Below, piece after piece: positions 37,814-45,732 of a stretch of DNA of 64,000 nt. The stretch is from Myxococcota bacterium (GTDB taxonomy: Bacteria > Myxococcota_A > UBA9160 > SZUA-336): positions 512,001 to 576,000 of the forward strand of contig CBDFGR010000002.1 in NCBI GenBank assembly GCA_965247115.1, read 5' to 3'. Below the pieces are notes generated by a model. That model made no database searches. It saw nothing but the letters and a program-made list of their open reading frames with translations, and was not told where the DNA came from. A program made the translations under genes and the position numbers. Position 1 is the first letter of the stretch; each line of letters starts with the position of its first letter.

Positions 37814-38734
37814 ATGCCAGAGGTAAAGCTGGGCATCGGCACGCCGAGAGGCGCCGGACACGGCACGATCGACGAGAAGCGAGCTGCCCTCGCGGCGGTC
37901 GCCGACGCCGGGCTCGACCACGTCGGTGTGGGCGACCATGTGAGCTTCTTCACGGGTCGCGGCTTCGACGGTCTGATCCAGGCGGCGCAGCTCCTGTCCC
38001 TGCACGACACGCTGCAGGTCTACGTCGCGGTGTACCTGATTCCCCTGCGCCACCCCACGCTGGTCGCGCGCCAGGTCCAGAGCGTCATCGCGCCGGCGCC
38101 AGGACGTCTGATCCTCGGCGTGGGCGTCGGTGGCGAGGATCCCCACGAGTCCGAGGTCTGTGGCGTCGATCCCAAGACCCGGGGCCGCCGCGCAGACGAG
38201 GCCCTCGAAATTCTGCGCGCTCTCATGACCGGCGAACCGGTCGATTACTCGGGCAAACACTTCCAGCTCGAGAACGCCATCATCCAGCCGCCCATCGAGC
38301 CGCGAGTGCCCATCGTGATCGGCGGCCGGTCGGACGCGGCGGTACGGCGCGCGGGACGCGTCGGCGACGGGTACGTCGGCATCTGGATCTCGGCCAAGCG
38401 CTTCGCGGGCATCCTCGGCCAGATCGATGCCGAGGCAGCCGCCTGCAACCGGGGCGAGGTCGCGTGGGAGCACGGGATGTTCGTGTGGTGCGGGCTCGAC
38501 GACACGCGCGAAGCGGGGCGAGCGCAAGTGGCGCAGTCCATGGAGGACATGTACCGCATCGGCTTCGACAACTTCGAGCGGTACACGCCGTACGGCCCGC
38601 CGGCAGACGTCGCAGACTTCCTGCGCCCATACGTCGAGGCGGGCTGCACTCGCTTTCACCTTGCCGCCGTGGCGGAGAGCGACGAGGCCCTGATCGCGCA
38701 TGCCGCCGAGATCAAGCGTCTGCTGAGCTCCTGA
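37814..38734 (+). CDS. LLM-class flavin-dependent oxidoreductase
   Basis: GDH, PLRHP..VARQ, GRLILGVGVGG, RGRRADE, PIVIGGRS; GAGGAG RBS. Confidence 0.88.
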   Translation: MPEVKLGIGTPRGAGHGTIDEKRAALAAVADAGLDHVGVGDHVSFFTGRGFDGLIQAAQLLSLHDTLQVYVAVYLIPLRHPTLVARQVQSVIAPAPGRLILGVGVGGEDPHESEVCGVDPKTRGRRADEALEILRALMTGEPVDYSGKHFQLENAIIQPPIEPRVPIVIGGRSDAAVRRAGRVGDGYVGIWISAKRFAGILGQIDAEAAACNRGEVAWEHGMFVWCGLDDTREAGRAQVAQSMEDMYRIGFDNFERYTPYGPPADVADFLRPYVEAGCTRFHLAAVAESDEALIAHAAEIKRLLSS

Positions 38735-38746
38735 TCGGAGGTACCC

Positions 38747-39316
38747 GTGGATGTCACGCGCGAGGAAGAAGTAGCGACCCTCGCCCGTGAGCTTGCCAGG
38801 ACGGGTCTTCACATCGCCTACCTGGTGAACAACGCGGGGATCCAGGGGCCCGGCCGCATCGCCGAGTTCGAGACGCGCACCTGGAGCCGCGTCATGCGCG
38901 TGAACCTGGACGGCACCTTCTACCTGACGCGCGCGTTCAGCGGCGGCATGATCGAGCGTGGCTTCGGGCGCGTCGTGAACCTGGCATCGCTCTACGCCTA
39001 CCACCCGGGGCCCGGTCAGCATCCCTACGCCGCCGCGAAGGCCGCGATCACGGGCCTCACCCGCTCCAGCGCGATGGAGCTGGCGCGCCACGGCATCACC
39101 GTGAACGCGATTGCCCCCGGCTACATCTTCCACGAAGGCCTGCGCGACCTGTTCCGCGAGGGTGTTTTCGAATCGCTCGTCGAGCAGGTCCCCGCGGGCC
39201 GGGCGGGTCGGCCCGACGAGATCGCCGCCACCCTCGACTTCCTGCTGTCGGAGGACGCCGGCTACATCACCGGTCAGACCCTACACGTGAACGGCGGCGT
39301 CTATCTGCCCGGCTAG
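38747..39316 (+). pseudogene. SDR (FabG-like) lacking the N-terminal Rossmann segment
   Basis: Starts at VDVT; has NNAG, YAAAK, VNAIAPG but no TGxxxGIG. Confidence 0.7.
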
Positions 39317-39732
39317 CGCTTCCAGGGACGGACCGTAGCCTCGGCCGCGATCAGGGTTTCCCCCTTCTGGTTCTTCGCGACGAGATCCAGGTCGACGTGC
39401 TTGCTCCCGCCTTCCTCGTACACACGGACCACCTTGCCCGAGCACGTGACCGTGTCGCCGGGCCAGACGCGTGACGTGAAGCGGATCCCATAGCGCCTCA
39501 TCGACTCCGGACCGAACCACTGCGTGGGAACCCGACTCAGCACTCCGGCCGTGAACATGCCCATCCCGAACACGGTCGGAAGGCCCGCCTTCTCGGCGAA
39601 GGTCTGGTCGTGATGGATCGGGTTGAAGTCCCCGCCGCCGCCGGCGTAGCGCACGAACTGGGTCCGGTTGATGTCCGGCACCTCGAAGCTCTGCTCGTCC
39701 CCTACCTTGACTGTTTCAAATGCGTCGCTCAT
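39313..39732 (-). CDS. MaoC-family dehydratase
   Basis: YAG.GGDFNPIHHD..FA..AGLP.VFGMG, F..RVWPGD. Confidence 0.88.
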   Translation of the reverse strand: MSDAFETVKVGDEQSFEVPDINRTQFVRYAGGGGDFNPIHHDQTFAEKAGLPTVFGMGMFTAGVLSRVPTQWFGPESMRRYGIRFTSRVWPGDTVTCSGKVVRVYEEGGSKHVDLDLVAKNQKGETLIAAEATVRPWKR

Positions 39733-40172
39733 TCCTGCACCACTCCCGCCGTCTGGATCAATGTGTTGCGCGAGCGCACCACAATCTCGCCCTGCGCGTC
39801 GCGGTAGATCGTCTCGCTCTCGATGAACTTCATGCTCCCGCCGCGGCGGCCCTTCTTCTCGTAGCTCTTCATCTCGCCGGGCTCGCTCGTCAACACGTCG
39901 CCAGCGAAGACCGGCCGCTCGTAGATCAGCTCCTGGCCCCCGTGCAACACGAAGCGCATGTCCAGGCCCTCTATGCGCTGACCGCCCGCGCTTGGCTCCG
40001 GGAAGAAAGCGGACGCGGTCGAGAAAGTCGGGGGCGCCACGACCGACGGCAGCCCCGCAGCCTTCGCCGCCTCCTCGTCGTGGTAGAGCTCGTTGTCGTC
40101 CAGGATCGAGTTCGCGAACTCGTGGATCTTGCCGCGCTCGACGGGAAAGCCCGGCGGGTTGATCAGCGCCAT
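39729..40172 (-). CDS. MaoC dehydratase N-terminal-like (HadA-type) hot-dog protein
   Basis: VERGKIHEFA, APPTF, LHGGQELIYERP..AGD; ATGA overlap with partner. Confidence 0.85.
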   Translation of the reverse strand: MALINPPGFPVERGKIHEFANSILDDNELYHDEEAAKAAGLPSVVAPPTFSTASAFFPEPSAGGQRIEGLDMRFVLHGGQELIYERPVFAGDVLTSEPGEMKSYEKKGRRGGSMKFIESETIYRDAQGEIVVRSRNTLIQTAGVVQE

Positions 40173-40246
40173 GTGGTCGCTCCTCTGCGGTACGGGTCCA
40201 GACTACCACGGCTACGTGCTACCTTTCTTCGCGAAGGGGAGCCAGC

Positions 40247-40827
40247 ATGAACTTCGACGACAACCCGGAAGAGGCGGCCTTCAGACAGGAGGCGCGAACC
40301 TGGCTCGAAGCGAACGCGAGGCTGTTGCGAGAGGGAGAGACGAATCAGGGCTTCGAATCCGACGACGACGACGACGACTCGATTGCGGCCGCCCAAGCCT
40401 GGCAGGCCAAGAAGGCCAGCGCAGGCTGGGCATGCATCACCTGGCCTATGCAGTACGGGGGTCGCGAGGCCACGCCTATCCAGAGCGTGATCTACACCTC
40501 GTACCGGACCCTGACCGCGCTCTCGCGCGGCCAGACGCCGGGACCCGAGGGCTCCATCAGCAAGCTCGTCTCCGCAAAGATGGACCAGGAGATGGCGTCG
40601 CTAGCGTCGAGCTCCAGGGTGCCGTGGGGGCCGTGCTCGACGAGGACGTCGCGGCACAGGAAGCGGAATGGCAGCAAGCGTACCTCTGGGCACCGGGCAT
40701 GCGGATTGGCGGCGGCACCGATGAGATCTTGCGCAACATCATTGCCGAGCACGTGCTGCGCCTACCGCCAGAGCCGCGCCTCGATAAGACCGTGGCGTTC
40801 CGCAGGGTGCCGAGCGGAAAGAGCTAG
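40247..40827 (+). pseudogene. Acyl-CoA dehydrogenase remnant (large internal deletion plus frameshift)
   Basis: ACAD N-terminus (EEAAFRQEAR.WL, W..ITWP.QYGG) fused directly to C-terminal GPEGSISKL; frameshift near 40605; then IGGGTDEILRNIIAEHVLRLP to TAG 40827. Confidence 0.88.
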
Positions 40828-41771
40828 AGCGCGGCGAGGAAGGGACGCACGACGTCGAGGAAGCCCGGCGTGTTCTGACCGTGCACGTTGTGTCCCGACT
40901 CGGGCACGGTGACGAGACGCCCATCGGGTAGCGCAGCCGCGAAGCGCCTCGCCGCCTCCTCGGTGAGGACGTTCGAGTTCGCGCCGCGCACGATGAGAAC
41001 GGGGGGCTTGAGCACCTTCACGTCGTCCAGGGTGATCGGATCCAGCGGGGCTGGGGTCTCCCCCATCGATGCCATTCGCCGGCCGTAGTCGCATTTGCTG
41101 ACGTACTTGCCGTCGGCTCGCTTCATCAGGTTGTACTTGACGGTGCGTTCGATGTGCACGCGCGAACGGAAGGGATCGTAGCGCCTGACGTTGGCCACGA
41201 ACTCTTCAACGTCGTCGAACTCGCGATTGTGGTTGACGAACTGGCCGATCGAGCGCGCGCCCTCCGCCGCGACCTCCGGACCGATGTCCACGATCACGAG
41301 CGCCCGGGCCACGTCGCCATGATCGAGCGCCAGCCGGAGCGTGTTGCGTCCCCCCATGGAGTGCCCGAAGACGATCGGCTGCCCGAGCCCCAGCGCGGCG
41401 ACAATGGCCTCGGCATCGCTGGCCATCGCCTGCGACGTGTAGTCGGAATCGCGCGCCCACTCGCTGTCCCCGTGGCCCCGCTGATCCAGCGCAATCAAGC
41501 GGAAGCGGTCTGCCAGGTGGAGGCTTACCAGGTCCCAGGAGTGGGCCGACTGGTTGCCCCCGTGGAGAAGCAGCACGGGCGGTGCTCCGAGGTCTCCCCA
41601 TTCCAGGAAGTGGAAGCGCTGCTGGCGCACCACGGCGTTCCGCGATACGTAGCGGATGTCCGGGCTGTGAGGAATTCCGAGATCCGTTGCGCTCGTGAGC
41701 AGGCTCTGGAACTCGTCGAACCGGGTCATGTCCAGCGACTCGGTGCTTGCCGAGAACTCGTTCAGGTACAT
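40824..41771 (-). CDS. Alpha/beta hydrolase
   Basis: LLHGG, DQRGHGDS, GHSMGG, SGHNV; start could be 41729. Confidence 0.88.
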   Translation of the reverse strand: MYLNEFSASTESLDMTRFDEFQSLLTSATDLGIPHSPDIRYVSRNAVVRQQRFHFLEWGDLGAPPVLLLHGGNQSAHSWDLVSLHLADRFRLIALDQRGHGDSEWARDSDYTSQAMASDAEAIVAALGLGQPIVFGHSMGGRNTLRLALDHGDVARALVIVDIGPEVAAEGARSIGQFVNHNREFDDVEEFVANVRRYDPFRSRVHIERTVKYNLMKRADGKYVSKCDYGRRMASMGETPAPLDPITLDDVKVLKPPVLIVRGANSNVLTEEAARRFAAALPDGRLVTVPESGHNVHGQNTPGFLDVVRPFLAAL

Positions 41772-41821
41772 ATGTGGTCGGGAGGATACCCCTAACCGCG
41801 ACCGCGGTGCAGCAAGCGGGC

Positions 41822-42601
41822 CTAGTAGGCCGACAGACCGCCATCCGCGGCGAGGATTGCCGCATTGACCATACGAGACTCGTCACTCGCCAGGAACAGC
41901 GCGATCTGCGCGATGTCGATCGCCTGCCCTACCCCGAACGGGTAGCGCGCTGCGGTACGGGCGGCACGCGAATCCTCCGCTCCATCCTCCGTGCCGGGCA
42001 AGTTCCCGAAACGCGCCCTCACCCGGTCGGTCAGGACGACACCCGGGCAGATCGCGTTCACGCGCACCTGCTGGCTCGAGTACTGGCTTGCGAGCGAGCG
42101 CGTGAGCGAGATCACCCCGCCCTTGGCCGCGGAGTAGATGTGCATCGGCACGCCCGACAGCGCCGCGGTCGACGACATGTTGATGACCGAGCCCCCGCCG
42201 GCCTTGATCAGCTCCGGGATTCCGAAGCGGCAGCACAGCATCGGCCCCTTGAGGTCGAGCGCCATCGTGTGGTCCCACACCCAGAGGGGAACGTCGGTGA
42301 TAGGGGCGTCCTCCGGTAAGGAGCCGCCCGCGCAGTTGTAGAGGACGTCGAGCTTGCCGAAGCGGCTCACCGTCTCCCGCACCGCGCGCTCGACGCTGGC
42401 GTCATCGGTCACGTCGGTTTCGAGGAAGAGCGCCTCCCCGCCCGCCTCCCGGACCGCCTTCTCCGCCCCGCTTCCGAGCTCCGGCTTGAGCTCTGCGATG
42501 GCGACCTTTGCGCCCTCCTGCGCGAAGAGCTCTGCAGCTGCGCGTCCAATCCCCGTGCCGGCGCCCGAGATCAGCGCAACCTTACCCTGTAGTCGTGCCA
42601 T
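41822..42601 (-). CDS. SDR family oxidoreductase
   Basis: SGAGTGIG, NCAG, YSAAKGG, VNAICPG. Confidence 0.93.
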   Translation of the reverse strand: MARLQGKVALISGAGTGIGRAAAELFAQEGAKVAIAELKPELGSGAEKAVREAGGEALFLETDVTDDASVERAVRETVSRFGKLDVLYNCAGGSLPEDAPITDVPLWVWDHTMALDLKGPMLCCRFGIPELIKAGGGSVINMSSTAALSGVPMHIYSAAKGGVISLTRSLASQYSSQQVRVNAICPGVVLTDRVRARFGNLPGTEDGAEDSRAARTAARYPFGVGQAIDIAQIALFLASDESRMVNAAILAADGGLSAY

Positions 42602-42630
42602 GCCCTGTCCTTCCGAGTGTGCGCGCCTAG

Positions 42631-43905
42631 CAGGCTGCTGAAAAACTCCTCATCGAAGGGTACCTTGGGAGCGAGCCCCAAAGGGGGAGGCGTGAGAGGA
42701 CAGGGGACGCTTCAGGGCGGGATGTTCAGCTACGTGTCGCTGGAGTCGCGGATTCCGGATGATCATCCGCTTCGAGCGATGCGGCGCATGGTCGACACGG
42801 CGCTGCAGCGGCTATCGCCGCGCTTCGACGCGATCTACGCCAGAGGCGTAGGGCGCCCGTCCGTGCCCCCGGAGCAGCTGCTGCGCGCCCTGCTGCTGCA
42901 GGTGCTCTACACCATCCGGAGCGAGCGGCAGCTGGTGGAGCAGCTGGAGTACAACCTGCTGTATCGCTGGTTCGTGGGTCTGGAGCTTGACGAGGTGGTG
43001 TTCAGCGCCACGGTGTTCACGAAGAACCGAGACCGGCTGCTCAAGGGCGAGATTGCCGAGCACTTCTTCGACGCAGTGCTGGAGCAGGCCGAGACCGAGG
43101 GATGGGTGTCGTTGGAGCACTTCACGGTAGACGGGACGCTGATCGAGGCGTGGGCGAGCCAGAAGAGCTTCGTACGGAAGGACGAGGAACGGAGAGACGA
43201 CGATGACCCGGGCAACCCGACGGTGAACTTCCGAGGCGAGAAGCGGAGCAACCAGACGCATGCGTCGACGACGGATCCCGACGCACGACTCGCCGGTATG
43301 AGAGGCCAAGGCGCCCGACTCGCGTACCAGGGACACGTGGTGACGGAGAACCGGAACGGCTTGGTGGTCGCGGCGAAGCTCACGCAGGCGTCGGGATATG
43401 CGGAGCGCGAAGCGGCGCTCGAGATGGTGGAAGGTCTGGGAGGCGGGCGTCGGAGGACATTGGGCGGAGACAAGGGCTTCGACACGAAGGGGTTCGTGGA
43501 AGAGCTTCGAGAGTTGGGCGTGACCCCACACGTGGCGCAGAACACGACGAATCGACGCAGCGCGATCGACGGGCGGACGACGCGCCACCGGGGCTACGAA
43601 CTGAGTCAGCGTTTTCGCAAACGGGTGGAAGAGGTCTTCGGCTGGATGAAGACCGTGGGGCTGATGCGCAAGACCCGACACCGCGGCACGGATCGGGTCG
43701 GCTGGGTCTTCACCTTCACGGCCGCAGCCTACAACCTGATCCGGATCCGCAAGCTGCTGGAGGCCACGTAGGTCATGTGCGAAACCGCCCCGCGATCAGC
43801 GGAGCCCAAGACCGGTTCGAACCGGGAATCGCGCCCCGCCCCTCGGCCGGTGAACCCCCTCGTCGGAAGGACCACCCCTCAACCAGTCACTTTCTCCGCA
43901 GCCTG
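42631..43905 (+). mobile_element. Complete insertion sequence, IS5/IS1182-like, 1275 bp
   Basis: IRL CAGGCTGCTGAAAAA (42631-42645); IRR reverse complement CAGGCTGCGGAGAAA (43891-43905), 13/15 match; CTAG on both sides (42627-42630, 43906-43909). Confidence 0.92.
42692..43771 (+). CDS. DDE transposase (IS5 family)
   Basis: IP.DHPLR, GRPS.PPE.LLRALLLQ.LY.IRSERQL, VDGT, STTDPDA, GDKGFD, RKRVEEVFGWMK; GGGAGG RBS. Confidence 0.93.
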   Translation: MRGQGTLQGGMFSYVSLESRIPDDHPLRAMRRMVDTALQRLSPRFDAIYARGVGRPSVPPEQLLRALLLQVLYTIRSERQLVEQLEYNLLYRWFVGLELDEVVFSATVFTKNRDRLLKGEIAEHFFDAVLEQAETEGWVSLEHFTVDGTLIEAWASQKSFVRKDEERRDDDDPGNPTVNFRGEKRSNQTHASTTDPDARLAGMRGQGARLAYQGHVVTENRNGLVVAAKLTQASGYAEREAALEMVEGLGGGRRRTLGGDKGFDTKGFVEELRELGVTPHVAQNTTNRRSAIDGRTTRHRGYELSQRFRKRVEEVFGWMKTVGLMRKTRHRGTDRVGWVFTFTAAAYNLIRIRKLLEAT

Positions 43906-44379
43906 CTAGACGAGGAACGTGAGGTTGTCGATGACCTCGTCATTCGCCACCAGCTCGACCTTCTTATAAGCGATGCGGAAGTCTCCCCCCTCGGGGCGCA
44001 GCCGATAGAACGAGCGGCCCGCAACGGTACACTGCTTGCCCAGACGGATCTCCGTCAGGTTGAAGTTCGCCGAGGCCAGCGTCTCGCCATCGTCGCCCTC
44101 CTCGACCTCGACGTTCGAGACGATGCGCCGCATGCGAGACTTCGGGATCTGCGTCCAGGCTGCACCGCTCGTGAGCCGCGAGATCTGCATCTCGAGCTGA
44201 GGCCGGTGCGCGTAGACGATCGACACGTACTGATTCGTATCGAGGTCGTCGCGGTTCGACGGGATCCAGTAGACCGCGTCATCCGTGAAGAGGTCGAGCC
44301 ACTCCTTGTAGCGGCTCTCGTCCATGAGCCGCGCCTCGCGGTAGAGGAAGGCCTCCACCGCCGGGCGGTCGGCGCTCAC
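43906..44379 (-). CDS. Aromatic ring-hydroxylating dioxygenase beta subunit
   Basis: FLYREARLMD...WL.LF..DA.YWIP, R..SNV, IAYKKVEL; GTGA overlap with alpha. Confidence 0.9.
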   Translation of the reverse strand: MSADRPAVEAFLYREARLMDESRYKEWLDLFTDDAVYWIPSNRDDLDTNQYVSIVYAHRPQLEMQISRLTSGAAWTQIPKSRMRRIVSNVEVEEGDDGETLASANFNLTEIRLGKQCTVAGRSFYRLRPEGGDFRIAYKKVELVANDEVIDNLTFLV

Positions 44380-45659
44380 GCTTCCGCCTCTCCCGTCATC
44401 AGGCGCTTCCAGTGCCGCCACATGGCGCGCTGCGGAACCTCGTCGGTCACCTGGCCGTAGCGGGTCCCGTCCGTGTCCACCTTCTCGCGGTGGAGCCCGC
44501 GCTCGAAGCGCAGCCACGGGTTGACGGTGCTCTCGAGGCCGCCGCGCACGCGCATGAACATCTCGATGTCGTCGGGGACGCCGCCTCCCGCCGGGCCGTA
44601 GAAGCCCTCGTGGTTGCGGAGGCGCGCGACGTTGAGCTCGTCGGGGGCGCCGGCCAGCAGCATCGGGCTGAGCCGGACCTCCGTGCGGTCCACGTGGATC
44701 GGTCGGATCGTGCGGATCTGGTTCTGCAGGACCACCAGGTTCGGGAACACGTGCATGTGTGTCCCGCCGATCAGCAGGAGCTCCTCGGCTCGGCGCTCGC
44801 CGTGGCTCGCGACCATGTCTTCCCAGTAGCGCTTGCCCCAGGGAGTCGCCTTCAGGCGTTCGAGGCGCCGGCGGAGCCCGTCGTCCTCGAGGTTGTGAGC
44901 TCGGTAGTCGAGCATGCTGTGGCCGCCGCCCAGGTCGCGCGAGCGCCCCAGGGAGCCGCCCTCGAACACCTGAGCGATCCTCGCACCCGTGCGTTGCTGG
45001 AGCCCCTGGAAGAAGGCCTGATGCGCGAAGTTCGGATGGTAGCCGTCGATGGAGTTCTCCATCTGCAGCTTCCAGTTCGCGTCATAGCCGTACTTGTTCG
45101 TGCCGGACTGCCCGACGATCTCGCCCTTTGGCGACAGGTCACAGAAGAGATCGAGCTGCTCCCGGACCGGAGCGCCGAGATGCTCGGCGAGCGAGATCCC
45201 CTCTGCCGAAACGCTCGCAAAGACGAAGCCGCGATAGCGCTCGACGCGCGGGGGCGAGGCGAGGTTCCAGTCGCTCTTGTCGAGATCCGGTCCGTAGCCG
45301 TCCGCATAGGGGATGGCCTTGAGCTGTCCATCGCAGGCGTAGGTCCAGCCGTGGTAGGCACAACGCAGCACGCGCCCACTCCCCTGCTCGCTCTGGCAGA
45401 GCGTCGCGGCGCGATGCGCGCAGCGATTCATCAGCACGCGGACCCGACGGTCGTCGCCGCGGATCAGAAGTACCGACTGGCGGCCGATCCAGGCCTGCTT
45501 CCAGTCGCCGGGATCGAGCACCTCGGACTCGTGTCCGATGTAGACCCAGCCGCGGTAGAAGATGCGCTCGAGCTCGTCCTGAAAGATCTCGGAATCGAGA
45601 TAGCAGTCAGCGTGAACCCGGTGCGGCCGCACCAGCCGGTCGTAATCGATGGCGGTCAT
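44376..45659 (-). CDS. Rieske ring-hydroxylating dioxygenase alpha subunit
   Basis: NRCAHR...CAYHGW Rieske motif; ANWK..ENSIDGYHPNFAH mononuclear Fe site; DD.E. Confidence 0.93.
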   Translation of the reverse strand: MTAIDYDRLVRPHRVHADCYLDSEIFQDELERIFYRGWVYIGHESEVLDPGDWKQAWIGRQSVLLIRGDDRRVRVLMNRCAHRAATLCQSEQGSGRVLRCAYHGWTYACDGQLKAIPYADGYGPDLDKSDWNLASPPRVERYRGFVFASVSAEGISLAEHLGAPVREQLDLFCDLSPKGEIVGQSGTNKYGYDANWKLQMENSIDGYHPNFAHQAFFQGLQQRTGARIAQVFEGGSLGRSRDLGGGHSMLDYRAHNLEDDGLRRRLERLKATPWGKRYWEDMVASHGERRAEELLLIGGTHMHVFPNLVVLQNQIRTIRPIHVDRTEVRLSPMLLAGAPDELNVARLRNHEGFYGPAGGGVPDDIEMFMRVRGGLESTVNPWLRFERGLHREKVDTDGTRYGQVTDEVPQRAMWRHWKRLMTGEAEA

Positions 45660-45732
45660 ACGCTGACGCACGGTCGATACCGAGACCTTACACCCCGCCG
45701 AAAGTACCGGTCAATCTCGCTAGACTGAGGCG

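Noticed and set aside
38732..38734. Selenocysteine read-through fusing LLM and SDR
   Set aside because: The LLM is complete at the TGA, there is no redox-Cys context or convincing SECIS hairpin, and the fused SDR would still lack its nucleotide-binding motif.
40361..40378. (GAC)6 microsatellite
   Set aside because: In-frame poly-Asp within a pseudogene; no evidence of phase variation.
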